Positions 8,483-19,073 of a stretch of 26,196 nt of DNA are shown here, in pieces. Within the stretch, counting starts at the first letter, position 1; each line of letters starts with the position of its first letter. Origin of the DNA: a virus (Duplodnaviria > Caudoviricetes); the IMG/VR virus record IMGVR_UViG_3300034374_009920, positions 1 through 26,196 of that record; one strand, 5' to 3'. The notes under the pieces were generated by a model, which was given only the letters and a program-made list of their open reading frames with translations, was not told the DNA's origin and searched no databases. The position numbers and the translations under genes were made by a program.

Positions 8483-8496
8483 CTATTTAAAGGTTA

Positions 8497-9768
8497 TTAG
8501 GCAATAGTAATAGTTGATCCCAAAAGAACGGTCAACACAGCACCTAAACTGTTACCAGTAGCTGTAACAGCAAATGCTGGAGCAGTCTCTGGAATAGCAA
8601 CAATTACTTGTTTAGGAGATACCTCGTTAGTGAAACTTCCAGTCACAATAGAGTTTTGGTGTTTGAAAGTGATCACCTGATAAGCTCCACCTGCAACTGC
8701 AGGATCTGCAACCAAGATAGGCTGATAGATGTTTGGTGATCCCATTCTGTAGATCTCACCTTGGAATCCTTTCAAGAAGTGCTCCAAAGAAGCAATGGAC
8801 TCGTAAGTACCTACACCTGGACTTCCAGCAACTTCTCCAAGAAGAGTAGATCCGAAGTTCTCAAGTTGAGTTTCCCAACGAGCGATCTTGTACTTGTAAT
8901 CAGGATATCCAAAGCTAAGGTCAGCTCCTGTAAGAACAACTCCCCAATCCGCAAGGTTACCTGCTGCTGCAGGAATTACTTGAGTGTAGCTAGAACCTGT
9001 TACACGATCTCCTCCTTCAACTTGAACAGGACGATCAAGAGTAATTTCACCTCCTGAAATTGCAACAATTTTGTAAACATCAGATGTTAAAGAAACTGCA
9101 CCGGTAGCTGTAGCTCCAATTCTAACAAAATCTCCAACAACTGGAGAAGTACCCGTGTTATAAGTAGGAGTAGCATCCGCGTTCTGAATCTTAGTAGATC
9201 CTTTTACAACACTTACTGTTTCATCAAAATCAAATGCAGCAGCTAGTGCTTCAGAACAAATAGCTTTAAAAGTGATAAACTTCTCAGCTTCACGTAGGAA
9301 GTTGTTGATCAAAGAAGATGTAAGACCAAGAGAGATGTCAGCTTGACCAGAACTTGAAACTGACTTGAACACACCATGCTTGATCTTCTGACCATCAGAC
9401 TCTGCAGAAAGCAATTCCTGAACATACAGACGAATGTAGTAAAGGTTGTTTGCAACTACATCGATAGAACCTGAAGTACCATCAAAACCAATGCTGGTAA
9501 CTTGGTTCACTCGTGCAGCACCTGCAGCAGAGTTTACATTGGATATACTACTTACTTCAATGAGGTCAGAGAACAAAGGATTCTGTCCTGCACGTCCAAG
9601 TACCAACTTGAACTTGTCAGTAGTAGCAGCACTCGCAGTGGTGACCCGAGCTCCTTGCTCATCCAATACAATGATCTCACCATCGTTAGGAACCACTCCT
9701 GTAGAAAGAGCAGCAACATTAGCTCCGATAAAGATCTCTTGAGCGTTTTTAATTTGACTTGTAGCCAT
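8497..9768 (-). CDS. Abundant structural protein, likely crAss-type auxiliary capsid protein
   Basis: 423 aa rich in A/G/S/T/V. Its position after the MCP, conserved gene and ring gene matches crAss-like gene order. Followed by a terminator-like hairpin. Confidence 0.6.
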   Translation of the reverse strand: MATSQIKNAQEIFIGANVAALSTGVVPNDGEIIVLDEQGARVTTASAATTDKFKLVLGRAGQNPLFSDLIEVSSISNVNSAAGAARVNQVTSIGFDGTSGSIDVVANNLYYIRLYVQELLSAESDGQKIKHGVFKSVSSSGQADISLGLTSSLINNFLREAEKFITFKAICSEALAAAFDFDETVSVVKGSTKIQNADATPTYNTGTSPVVGDFVRIGATATGAVSLTSDVYKIVAISGGEITLDRPVQVEGGDRVTGSSYTQVIPAAAGNLADWGVVLTGADLSFGYPDYKYKIARWETQLENFGSTLLGEVAGSPGVGTYESIASLEHFLKGFQGEIYRMGSPNIYQPILVADPAVAGGAYQVITFKHQNSIVTGSFTNEVSPKQVIVAIPETAPAFAVTATGNSLGAVLTVLLGSTITIA

Positions 9769-9921
9769 TTTAATTAAAGATTTAGGTTAAAAAATAATGG
9801 GACATGAGCGTCATCTGTTTCTCTATGTGACGGATTCCCAATTCCACCTTTCTTGTATAGGAAACGCTCATCGGCAGCTATGTAACAACATTTTAACATC
9901 AGATTGCCTTTTTTAATAAAA

Positions 9922-10650
9922 CTATTCTACGACACGACTTTCTTTGAATACATGCGTTTGGAATCGTGGCTGTCTTGCAGCTTCCAGCATGTATTGCACG
10001 GCCATGTCAGCTATTTGTCTATGAGTTGATGGGTCCAGTTCGCAGAAACCTGTAAGATTGGTTGCATCAGTAATATCTATTTCTTTAGGGTACTTTATGT
10101 ATGATACGTGATATGTATTAAAGGTTGTGTTGTCTCCAAGTATCAGTTCATGTCTTTTACTTGTACCTGTTACTGGAGCAGAATCCAATGCCCTACTTGC
10201 ATCCATTCTCCAGACAAGTGTATTGTCCGGTCTTTTGTAAGGATTCTTTCTGTTGGCATTGTAATAATCCTCTCTGATGGGTTTGACCGATACCCTTTCG
10301 GATACGGTCTCCCCACAAGAGGTAAAAGAAATTGTAGCCTCTTCGTTGATAGTGTACAGATACTCAGTTGGCAACTGTACGAAAAGACTGTTAGAACCAT
10401 GATTACCTGGAGTAGTTCCTGAAATATCAGCAAACCTTTTAAGCTCTGACAGATCCTTTGATCTTTTCTCAGTCTCTTCAAAGCCTACTCTCCCTAGGTT
10501 TGACATACCGTTGTACAGAGACTTTACGAAGTCCTCCTGAGCTGCGTTGAGGAACAGATTGATATCCGCATCCTCATATCCAGGTGCAGCAAAGTTGGAT
10601 ATTGAATCGTAAGTTACAAGTACGTAGTCTCTGAACTCGGTAGTTGTCAT
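9922..10650 (-). CDS. crAss-like tail ring/head-tail connector protein
   Basis: Motifs APGYEDADINLFLNAAQ, GFEETEKRSKDL, YIKYP, CELDPSTHRQIADMAV. Second gene after the MCP. Confidence 0.75.
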   Translation of the reverse strand: MTTTEFRDYVLVTYDSISNFAAPGYEDADINLFLNAAQEDFVKSLYNGMSNLGRVGFEETEKRSKDLSELKRFADISGTTPGNHGSNSLFVQLPTEYLYTINEEATISFTSCGETVSERVSVKPIREDYYNANRKNPYKRPDNTLVWRMDASRALDSAPVTGTSKRHELILGDNTTFNTYHVSYIKYPKEIDITDATNLTGFCELDPSTHRQIADMAVQYMLEAARQPRFQTHVFKESRVVE

Positions 10651-11513
10651 CAGTCTTCCATTGCATCAACCTTCTTCTCGATAACAAGTCTAAGGTCTTG
10701 GTTCTTTTTGTTGTTAAGGAACTCTACAGCTTCTGCAAGATTGTTACCGATAAGATCACCTCCAGGAGTGTAATATGCAATACCCTGCTTACGTAGAGCT
10801 TTTGCAGTGATAGCGTCCTGAATGAGGATCTTGGTCTCAAGGTCTTTATCTCTGACAGCATTGAGGAAAGCCTCCGGAGCATTGCTCAAAAGACGATTGG
10901 CCTCTGTCTGTAGGAACTCAAGTTTGGCATTCTTACCAACTTTCTTGCCTGTAGCCACCATAATGACATGACGAAGTGATCTGAAGTCCTTCTTGATCGC
11001 ACCATACTCAGTATAGGCTGCAAGCTTGGTATCAAGCTCATTCAACTGTTGTTGAGTTTCATGGTTCTCATCGACCAGTGCAAACTTCTGCGTCACTTTC
11101 GTTTCCCTTGGATCATCAGAAAGTGCAATACGATCCTTAACTGTAAGTAGGATCTTGTACTTCATGTAATCATCAGGGCGTGATAGGTCAAGATACGTTA
11201 CCTCATTCTTGAGACGGACCTTGGCCTTTTTCTTTGTGTAATAGTTCTTCTCTCTTGTTACAGAAAGTTCATTGGGTTCAAAATCCATCCCGGAAGAGGG
11301 GCTCTCAAAGAAAGCCCGCTCTTCTGGTGTCAATGGATCTTTCATACGTCCCCTCTCATCGATAGGAACGCATACTTCATAATAAGACTCTTTAAAAAGA
11401 AAGCTGGCCTCATGCTCCTTAGGTAGGAGTCCCCTCTTTCTTTTCAATGGCACGATCTTTACCTTCCGGTTAGGAAGCTTGAACTCTGCTATTGTTACAT
11501 CCGTTTTGCTCAT
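10650..11513 (-). CDS. Conserved crAss-like protein immediately after the MCP
   Basis: 287 aa with LDLSRPDDYMKYKIL and LIGNNLAEAVEFL..KKNQ. Syntenic position in the crAss-like capsid module. Confidence 0.7.
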   Translation of the reverse strand: MSKTDVTIAEFKLPNRKVKIVPLKRKRGLLPKEHEASFLFKESYYEVCVPIDERGRMKDPLTPEERAFFESPSSGMDFEPNELSVTREKNYYTKKKAKVRLKNEVTYLDLSRPDDYMKYKILLTVKDRIALSDDPRETKVTQKFALVDENHETQQQLNELDTKLAAYTEYGAIKKDFRSLRHVIMVATGKKVGKNAKLEFLQTEANRLLSNAPEAFLNAVRDKDLETKILIQDAITAKALRKQGIAYYTPGGDLIGNNLAEAVEFLNNKKNQDLRLVIEKKVDAMED

Positions 11514-11536
11514 CTCTTCTCAGATCTATTTATTGA

Positions 11537-13030
11537 TTATGCTAAAATACTTGGGATCAATGAAGCAGTACGTGATGGATCGTATACTGCAACACCACAC
11601 ACAGAGGCACGGTGTACAGAGTAACCATCAGTACTCATCGCCATCATGTTCATGTTACGCTCACCTACAGGAGAGAAAGGATTTCTCAGACCTGGGATGT
11701 AACCCATGATGTCCTCAGATCCGTTCACGTAGAACTTCTGGATGTTAGGCTCTCCGTTAGTAGTACCAATGTCCATGATGTCATATCGGTAAGACTCAGC
11801 TACACCACCGTCAGGGTGATACAACTTGTTTCTTTCACGATCATCGTACATTGAATCCACCATCAAGGTCACCTTGACACCGTTAGGTCCCAGGTACTCA
11901 ACGAACTGACCACCGTATCCAAGAGGCATCTGAACACCATTGGCGCTTGAAGCTCCGTATAGACGGCTTTCATTCCGTAGAGGAGTGTACAACTGAGACT
12001 GATCTTCCAAAGCTTGGTGGAACTGGATAGCTCCACGCTCACCTGTACGTAGTACGAAGTGACGCTCATCTGTAGGAAGCTTACCTTCAGAAAGGTCAAC
12101 AAGGACCTCGGTCAAGTAATCAATATCGAATGAGCTGTAGTAAGAAGTGTTAGACGCTTCCATTTGCTCACGGATACCGGCACCCTGCTTGATGATGTGT
12201 CCTGAGTTACCGATGTTGAAGTACTCACCGTTAGCCCCTCGGTTGCTACGTGCAAACATCAAGAGACGGTTCTTTTCCTGACGGAACTGATAATCGAACA
12301 CATAGTCCTCATACTGGGTCCATGTAGTGTGAGTAACAAGCTCACCGTTCTCACCTGCTGATTGCCACTTGGTAGCAAAAGGTCGGTTGATCATGTTTCC
12401 TGGAGTAGTGTGCTCCATACGGATCATAGAGAATGCGTTACGCATTGTGAACGGGCTTTCAAAGTTGATACCACCACCTTTCTTAGAAAGAGTTGATTCA
12501 ACAAGAGACCATTCACGGCTGAAACGGGTACCTGCCTCAAGCTCTTCTACCGGCATGAAAGCGGCAGGATCACCTGTTACAAGTTCTACAGTGTATCGCC
12601 AGTTGGTCCCATCAGGAACAGGATCTGCTACGATACGCAATTGATACACCTCATTCTTATGTCCAACGATAGTGTGAACATCAGTAAAGTGCTGTTCTGG
12701 GAAGATAAGGTCGAATCGAGAGAAGTTCAATCCTGGCTGATCACCTGCTGCAACGGCAGTACCGTTGATCTGTGCTTCTACCAAAGGAACATTCTTCTTG
12801 GCCGAACCGATGAGTTCCCAAGTGAAGTCATCATCTGTTTCCAATACTTTGTAAGGAATATCAGATAGATAACTGTCCAGATCCATACCAAAGTTAGAGG
12901 TATAGATACGTCTCATAAGATTGGAGGCTTTCTGAGGTGCGGCCTGATAGATCGCTCCCATGTGATTGGAAGTCGTAAGACCTGCCCACGATTGAGCCTC
13001 CGTCATCTGAAATGGAGAAATTTGTGGCAT
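11537..13030 (-). CDS. Major capsid protein
   Basis: 497 aa with WAGLTTSNH, DDFTWEL, GAGIREQ, VLRTGERG, HP..G.AESYR. Size and position after portal and scaffold are typical of a crAss-like MCP. Confidence 0.88.
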   Translation of the reverse strand: MPQISPFQMTEAQSWAGLTTSNHMGAIYQAAPQKASNLMRRIYTSNFGMDLDSYLSDIPYKVLETDDDFTWELIGSAKKNVPLVEAQINGTAVAAGDQPGLNFSRFDLIFPEQHFTDVHTIVGHKNEVYQLRIVADPVPDGTNWRYTVELVTGDPAAFMPVEELEAGTRFSREWSLVESTLSKKGGGINFESPFTMRNAFSMIRMEHTTPGNMINRPFATKWQSAGENGELVTHTTWTQYEDYVFDYQFRQEKNRLLMFARSNRGANGEYFNIGNSGHIIKQGAGIREQMEASNTSYYSSFDIDYLTEVLVDLSEGKLPTDERHFVLRTGERGAIQFHQALEDQSQLYTPLRNESRLYGASSANGVQMPLGYGGQFVEYLGPNGVKVTLMVDSMYDDRERNKLYHPDGGVAESYRYDIMDIGTTNGEPNIQKFYVNGSEDIMGYIPGLRNPFSPVGERNMNMMAMSTDGYSVHRASVCGVAVYDPSRTASLIPSILA

Positions 13031-13042
13031 TTTGTTTTTAGT

Positions 13043-14182
13043 TTAAAATAGATTATCCAATGACTTGAGTAGATCTTGATCTACACTACCAAATATTTGT
13101 TGACGGTTTCCTCCGCCTCCAAAATTACTCGAACGCTGATTCTCCAGAGAGTCAGTGAACTTTTTTACACTTTTACTATTGCTTGTACGGCCGAACACCG
13201 AGATGTCCGGATTCTCATTAAAGAGTCCTAACGATGCCAGATAATGAAGTCTGAGGTCAAAGGTCACTGGGTCTTTGGCCCTTAACTCCTGTATCGCATA
13301 TATAGGTCCTTGTTCTGTTACCTTCACAGGTTGTGTCATTTGATCGAAAAGCTCTTTTCTTTTACGCTCAGGGACCTTCATTCCAGGAAGTATCTCTTCG
13401 GTATCCATGATCTGCTTTTCGATCTTCTTTACTTTGTTCTGAGCCTCTGACTTCTGAGACTCTGCAAGCTGACGCTGCTCTTCCATTTTCTTCTCATTGA
13501 TCACTTTAAGATCATTGAGAGCTGCGGATGCATCCTCAATATCGTCACCAAGCTCAACAGATCGGTCTGTAAGCTTTCTGGCACGTTCCGGATTGATACC
13601 GCTTGCAACAAATGAATTGTAGATGAGTGTCTTTCTGATCTGCTCCTTCTGTGCAGCGATATCATCACTGTCAGCATCATCGGGCAGGATCTGAGATGTC
13701 TGCAATCTTTCCAACTGCAACTTCTGATTGTTGTAGTTACGGATCACTTCTGAAGGAACTCCATTGCGGTAGTCCTCCAACATCTGCTTTGCCTGATCGT
13801 TAAGATCAGCATATTCATTCTTCTTGATGGTGTCCTTGATAAGATCGACAAGATCAGAAGGTCCGGAAAGACCTTCCAATCTGTCGTCTTCAGCATCAAT
13901 GACGCCTTCCTCCAAAAGCACCGAGGCAAATAACCTTAAAGGTTCGGATGGAGAAGAGGGAGCGCCCTCAGAGGAAGGTTCTTCTACTTCCAATTGAGGT
14001 TCAGGCTGTACTTCTCCTACCTTGGTGGACGGAGTTTCTTCAATATCGATCTTTCCAAGAGTAGGCTCTTGTTGTTCTTCTTTCTTGGGAGCATCGATAA
14101 CTTCTCCCCTTTCATCAAAATGGATAAGGTTGTCATTACTTAGATCAAACCCTCCAAAAATGTCGTTCGTTTCTTCTGCCAT
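13043..14182 (-). CDS. Acidic scaffold-like protein
   Basis: Likely ATG start at 14182 (MAEETNDIF). E/P-rich disordered N-terminus and coiled coil, located between portal and MCP. Confidence 0.65.
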   Translation of the reverse strand: MAEETNDIFGGFDLSNDNLIHFDERGEVIDAPKKEEQQEPTLGKIDIEETPSTKVGEVQPEPQLEVEEPSSEGAPSSPSEPLRLFASVLLEEGVIDAEDDRLEGLSGPSDLVDLIKDTIKKNEYADLNDQAKQMLEDYRNGVPSEVIRNYNNQKLQLERLQTSQILPDDADSDDIAAQKEQIRKTLIYNSFVASGINPERARKLTDRSVELGDDIEDASAALNDLKVINEKKMEEQRQLAESQKSEAQNKVKKIEKQIMDTEEILPGMKVPERKRKELFDQMTQPVKVTEQGPIYAIQELRAKDPVTFDLRLHYLASLGLFNENPDISVFGRTSNSKSVKKFTDSLENQRSSNFGGGGNRQQIFGSVDQDLLKSLDNLF

Positions 14183-14194
14183 TTTTCTAACGTA

Positions 14195-14202
14195 CAAAAT
14201 TA
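14195..14202 (-). promoter_or_regulatory. Bacteroidota-type -7 promoter element (TAnnTTTG)
   Basis: TAATTTTG on the minus strand, 12 nt upstream of the scaffold ATG, in an intergenic gap. Confidence 0.55.
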
Positions 14203-14273
14203 GACTATATAATATTCACTTTTAACTGAAACCATGTTTCTACTCACATTTATGATGGTTGTTTTTATAGCAA

Positions 14274-16643
14274 TTACTTGGTACGTTGCTTAGTAGCCTC
14301 TACCGCCAACTTGGCTTGACGGTCCAACTCCTTCTGACGTGCCTCGTGCTCCCTATCCATATCCTTCTCCATCTTATCGTATTCTACTTTCAGTCTCTTA
14401 ACATCCTCTGACTCAGCTTTGAATGCCTGCTTGAGCCTTTCAATTGCAAGATCCTTCTCATTCTGAGATGTCTGTAGATCGGTCTCATGCTGCATCTCCA
14501 TACGTTTCATTGCCATGTTGGCTTCGATCTGCTGCTGTTGTTGCTGCTGACCCGCCTGGAGCTGTCTTTCCTGCTGTTGTTGCTGACGCTGGATGGCATC
14601 TTCTTCAGCAGTCTCGATCTTACGTCTCATACTGGAGATGGACCTGTCTGTCATGATGTCCATCAATTGACTGAAATTCAATTTATCACTCTGTAGTCCT
14701 GCCTGAGCAAGTTGGATGAATCTTTCTCTCATCTGAGCATCCAACAGGTTATTTGACATGACGATACCAAAATCCAGTTCACGGAAGTGGTCACCATCAA
14801 GTTCAAATATTTCAGACGACATGTCATCCAATATATGCTGTACTATCTTCTTTTTACCCTTGTATGCAAACTTGGCCGCCTCTAATAACGCTGTGAGCGT
14901 TCGCTTCTTGACATCCTCATGCATACTGAAATAAACTTCAGTAATATGAGAAGACTGAGTAACAGACCTATCGACATTCCCAACAAGTTCTCTATTGTGT
15001 ATACTGCCCTCTCTCTGCTTTGATACTCCTGAGATCTCACCCATCTCAACCTTCAGGAAGTTGAGCATTGCAAGATTCTGTTGAATGTATCCAGAAAGGT
15101 TAAAGTCCATAGGAGTACTTCTTCCAGGAAGATTGCCAGCAAGTTTACCTGTAGATGCTCCCTTGTCACCTTCTTTGAAAGAATCCTCTACCATCCAGCC
15201 CATACGCTCTGCATAGTACAGGACATCCTCAAACTCCCAACCGTCAGGAGTACGTGCAAGGTCGATGGTACCGATGACCCCTTTATACTTTGCAAAGGCA
15301 TCCTGCGTCTTCCACATGAATGCATTGTACAGATACTGATAAGGCTTCATCCTTCCCATAAGAGAAGTAATGTCATCATCGTTCACAGAGTATGCCGATC
15401 CTATGTACGGGCATTGTGAAATGGATGGGTTTGACATTGAATACGCCTTTATGGGGAATGCCTGCATCTTTACGTAGATGTCACGTCCTATACGTGTACC
15501 TTCCCACCAGTCGGTCACCCAGTACCACTTGACCTCTTCACCAAGTGCAGTGTCAGCTTCATAGAACTCGGACACCAGCTTGTACTGTACATCACCGGTA
15601 ACCTCATCATAGTACTTCAGACGTCCCACCTTCTGATACGATCTCCATACCACACGGGTAACGAGAATTGATCCTGTACTGGTATATTCAGGCAAATGAA
15701 AGGATGAGTCTATAAGCTCATCTGATGCTACCAACTGCCCTTCAGTGTTCTCAATGAGATTGATGGCCGGCAGATCAGGTTCCTTCTCTCCAAGATTGAT
15801 GAATGATTTATCATCGTCTGCAGAATATCCTGCCTTACCTCTCTCCAACATGGACACCTGAGAAGGTTTAAGATGATCATGGAACATGTCAATGATCCTT
15901 CCAGGAGAGTAGTAAGCATACTCTACAATAATATCACAGTCCTCTATCTGATTACTTTCAGATGTACGGATGGTCTTAATATTGAGAGGATTGCACTTTC
16001 TCAGTGAAGGTTCCCCTCCTACGATATCAACTGCATAGATCTCAAGTCCTGTAAGAAGTGCATCCAAGAATCCGTCATTGAACTTCTTGTCCACCTTTTC
16101 CTCATGTTTGATATGCTCAAGGAGGTGTGTGGCCCTACGTTCACGGATATCCTGATACTCATACTTTCTCCACTTCTCAAGATCCTTTATCTTCTTTTCG
16201 ATCGTGGCCTCATCAATATTAGGCTCCTGTATGATCTCTTCCATGAATGTCTTCATGTATCGATCCTTGATCTCTTTCTCCTTTTGGGAAACAGCATCCT
16301 CATTGACGATCTTGACCCTGAAGTCAGAGACCCTCTTTGCCTCTTCGCCTACAAGAAGATTTATCTTCGGTGCAGCGATGGGATAGTTACGTGGTTTAAT
16401 TGGAAAGGAGTCCGATCCCAATGCGAAGGGATCACAGAACTCCATCATCTCCTTAGTGTCAAGTCTGTTGTTGTAGAGGTCTATGTTAGCCCTCATCTCA
16501 CTGTAGTTCGTCTTGAACTCAGTTGCGGAGAATGCATGATCTATCGCAGACTGCACACACTTCTTTCTCCAGCTTTCCCCCTTCTGTGTGAGGGATCTCT
16601 TTTGGGATGGAAATCCACTTAATCCATAATCAGATACGGCCAT
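14274..16643 (-). CDS. Portal protein
   Basis: About 790 aa, likely ATG at 16643. Motifs NYPIAAPKINLLVGEE, KPYQYLYN, EISGVSKQREG, and a Q-rich coiled-coil tail. Directly after TerL. Confidence 0.9.
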   Translation of the reverse strand: MAVSDYGLSGFPSQKRSLTQKGESWRKKCVQSAIDHAFSATEFKTNYSEMRANIDLYNNRLDTKEMMEFCDPFALGSDSFPIKPRNYPIAAPKINLLVGEEAKRVSDFRVKIVNEDAVSQKEKEIKDRYMKTFMEEIIQEPNIDEATIEKKIKDLEKWRKYEYQDIRERRATHLLEHIKHEEKVDKKFNDGFLDALLTGLEIYAVDIVGGEPSLRKCNPLNIKTIRTSESNQIEDCDIIVEYAYYSPGRIIDMFHDHLKPSQVSMLERGKAGYSADDDKSFINLGEKEPDLPAINLIENTEGQLVASDELIDSSFHLPEYTSTGSILVTRVVWRSYQKVGRLKYYDEVTGDVQYKLVSEFYEADTALGEEVKWYWVTDWWEGTRIGRDIYVKMQAFPIKAYSMSNPSISQCPYIGSAYSVNDDDITSLMGRMKPYQYLYNAFMWKTQDAFAKYKGVIGTIDLARTPDGWEFEDVLYYAERMGWMVEDSFKEGDKGASTGKLAGNLPGRSTPMDFNLSGYIQQNLAMLNFLKVEMGEISGVSKQREGSIHNRELVGNVDRSVTQSSHITEVYFSMHEDVKKRTLTALLEAAKFAYKGKKKIVQHILDDMSSEIFELDGDHFRELDFGIVMSNNLLDAQMRERFIQLAQAGLQSDKLNFSQLMDIMTDRSISSMRRKIETAEEDAIQRQQQQQERQLQAGQQQQQQQIEANMAMKRMEMQHETDLQTSQNEKDLAIERLKQAFKAESEDVKRLKVEYDKMEKDMDREHEARQKELDRQAKLAVEATKQRTK

Positions 16644-16648
16644 GGGCA

Positions 16649-16656
16649 CAAAATTA
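16649..16656 (-). promoter_or_regulatory. Bacteroidota-type -7 promoter element
   Basis: TAATTTTG between the TerL stop and the portal ATG, 5 nt upstream of the ATG. Confidence 0.45.
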
Positions 16657-16657
16657 C

Positions 16658-18856
16658 TTACTTTTTATGACGCATATGTACAGGAGTGTATCCAGAAAAC
16701 AATTGTTTAGGCTCTCTTCTATGGCCGTTTCTTCTCATAGAAGGTCTGCTATCAAAGAATGATGGGTATGTTCTGGGCTCATCCACCACATCCATCTTGA
16801 ACATGTCCTCTTTAAGTATCAACACCATACCCAACGCAGATATACGGTCATAGTTGCCGAAGTTGGGATTGTACATCTCAAGCTCTTTCAACAGCGCAGT
16901 GTTCCAAATGGTATGCAAATTAAGTCTATCATGATCCTGCCCTTCCTCCTCAGAGTATGCAGTATCAAGTAGCCAGGACTTTATAAGGGACCTTGCCCAT
17001 GCATTGACGGATTTTGTAGCATTCGTACCCTTGGCCGTATTACCGAAGGTAGACGTCTTCATGATCTGCATGTCCTTCAATATCTTAGGAGTATCTGCCA
17101 GCAGGTACAGTGCATTACGTTTCTCAAAATACGAGAACATTCCCTTCTTGTTGTTCTCGTAGTTGCATCTGGCATTGTAATACTTTATGAGCCTGTAACA
17201 GATCTCATAGAACTTCTCTGCAGTTGCCGGCCTGCCTGTATACTCTGCCACTATCCTATTGGTTATCCTGTTCATGATGATACATGATCCGAGAGATGCA
17301 GTAGTTGACACATCATCGTCATAGGGGTCGACACCTGCTATGTACATGTTTGCCGGCACCTCATCCTCAGGCGGATGCTCAAATATCTCCACACATCCAT
17401 GCAATCCAAAGTTATCCCTTACCGGAAACTCCTTTATAGGATAATTATCAGAAGGCCTCAACTCTATCTGACCGTTACGATTGACAAGATCCACATTGAA
17501 TATCCTGTCCGTCCATCTTGCCGGATGTGCTTCAACCTCTGACCTCTGTACCTTAAGGTCTTCAACAGGGAAGATACTGCCTTCCCTTCTCATCATGGCC
17601 TCCTGAGGAGTAATGGAACGGTCAGCCCGTTCCTGAATCATCGCATTGGGGTCCGTGGTGGCCTTCTTGACCTTTTCCCTTTCCTCAATGATCTCCACAA
17701 GAGCACTAAAAACATCAGAGTTACCATCTTTATCGTAATGCCCTTCCCTATTAAAATACTCTCCGCAATACCATCCACACAGACTGTCTTCAGGAGCGTT
17801 CTGATCGAATACATTCCTGATGGCATATATACGATAACCCTCAGGTTGTGAGAACAGTGTCCTTATACCTTCAAAGTCAGCTCCCTCGGTACCACCTGTA
17901 CCAAAGGCTATCATGGTACCGAACGTCACATTGCCCTGCTCTACCGATGGTCTTGCAATTGACCATGCCTTCAGAAGATGTGGGAACTTACCGGCCTCCT
18001 CGAACAGGATGACCTTACCCCTCTTACCCCTTGCACGTTCTGGCTGATTCTTAAGTGTAACACCTATGATCTCAGATTTGTACCCTTTTACAACCTTTGT
18101 CTTGGGATCCTTATAAGATGCACGTCTGTGCATTGCAGTGTCCTTCTCATCCCTTGCTTTCTTCCATGGAGTGTACTCATCCACAAAATCCATTACATCC
18201 CAGGCCTTGTCAAGTATGGCATCACCTTTCAGATACTCACCCTCCGATGCAAGTGCATAGCTTTTTGACTGAGGTACGTGATAATAGTTCCTGTCCATGG
18301 TAGACCCTCCCTTGTAAGAGAATCCACGTCCCCTCGTTTTGAGCACCACTGCATGCAATCCACGTTGCTCTGCCTGCTCAAGGTAATGGAAGTACAGATA
18401 GTCACTGTCCCACACATCAGGGAAAGTAAACACCCTGTCCGCACGTTTCAGATCAGAATCATCGCTCTCTTCCAGTATGACGGTCTTCATGATGGGGCAG
18501 TAGTTCAGATACCAGTAGTAGTAACCGGATACCCACTCACCGTCCTCCTTACGTACATACCCCTCCTTACAACGTCTTATCTCCTCCAACCAGAACTTCA
18601 TATAATCTGACTTGGGATGTGGGTTGGGCATCAGATGCGTATAACACCCGTGCTTCTGAAAATGAATGGCCGCAGGTCTGAAGTAGTCCATATCCTTCAG
18701 AATGTGCGGCCGTGTAACATCTACCTTGATCCTGCCCTGATCGTCCCTTGGGATCATGTCCGCATAGGGCCTGTCCAGGGAGGTCATGTAGGACAGGATG
18801 GGTATCTCGTCTATCAGATCATATACCTGTCTCTGTATATCTTCCTTCTTTGACAT
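16658..18856 (-). CDS. terL: Terminase large subunit
   Basis: Walker A-like LKTRGRGFSY, Walker B ILFEEAG, motif FGTGG, and RNase H-like nuclease motifs IAGVDPYDDD ... NYDRISALG. No obvious intein or intron. Confidence 0.93.
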   Translation of the reverse strand: MSKKEDIQRQVYDLIDEIPILSYMTSLDRPYADMIPRDDQGRIKVDVTRPHILKDMDYFRPAAIHFQKHGCYTHLMPNPHPKSDYMKFWLEEIRRCKEGYVRKEDGEWVSGYYYWYLNYCPIMKTVILEESDDSDLKRADRVFTFPDVWDSDYLYFHYLEQAEQRGLHAVVLKTRGRGFSYKGGSTMDRNYYHVPQSKSYALASEGEYLKGDAILDKAWDVMDFVDEYTPWKKARDEKDTAMHRRASYKDPKTKVVKGYKSEIIGVTLKNQPERARGKRGKVILFEEAGKFPHLLKAWSIARPSVEQGNVTFGTMIAFGTGGTEGADFEGIRTLFSQPEGYRIYAIRNVFDQNAPEDSLCGWYCGEYFNREGHYDKDGNSDVFSALVEIIEEREKVKKATTDPNAMIQERADRSITPQEAMMRREGSIFPVEDLKVQRSEVEAHPARWTDRIFNVDLVNRNGQIELRPSDNYPIKEFPVRDNFGLHGCVEIFEHPPEDEVPANMYIAGVDPYDDDVSTTASLGSCIIMNRITNRIVAEYTGRPATAEKFYEICYRLIKYYNARCNYENNKKGMFSYFEKRNALYLLADTPKILKDMQIMKTSTFGNTAKGTNATKSVNAWARSLIKSWLLDTAYSEEEGQDHDRLNLHTIWNTALLKELEMYNPNFGNYDRISALGMVLILKEDMFKMDVVDEPRTYPSFFDSRPSMRRNGHRREPKQLFSGYTPVHMRHKK

Positions 18857-19073
18857 TGAATATCACTTTCAGGTTATTAGGTCCTGTAACCTGATTATCC
18901 TTTACAGTAAAGCTATAAGCATCCCTGTTAAGATCATGCATGAGTCTGATGTATTCCTTTCTCGTAAGAGTGAGCTTCATCTCCTCATTCTGCATATACT
19001 TAAGAGATCTGAATGTCAGATCATCTATACCTTCATAACTGAAGGTCTCATCATCATTGATCGTCATTGTCAT
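18819..19073 (-). CDS. Hypothetical protein (paralogue of the upstream gene)
   Basis: 84 aa. Shares FxYxG..LT.R.L and GPNxL motifs with 19054-19302. Confidence 0.7.
   Translation of the reverse strand: MTMTINDDETFSYEGIDDLTFRSLKYMQNEEMKLTLTRKEYIRLMHDLNRDAYSFTVKDNQVTGPNNLKVIFNVKEGRYTETGI

Noticed and set aside
14261-14276. TGCTATA motif (also ~22908-22914) as a phage promoter
   Set aside because: Only two loose copies in different contexts, which is not enough support.
14525-14595. CAG/CAA repeats as a variable microsatellite
   Set aside because: They encode a mixed-codon Gln-rich coil that is common in portal C-termini.
11537-18856. Introns, inteins or homing endonucleases in terL, portal or MCP
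   Set aside because: The ORFs are continuous and of expected size, and I saw no intein splice or LAGLIDADG/HNH motifs.
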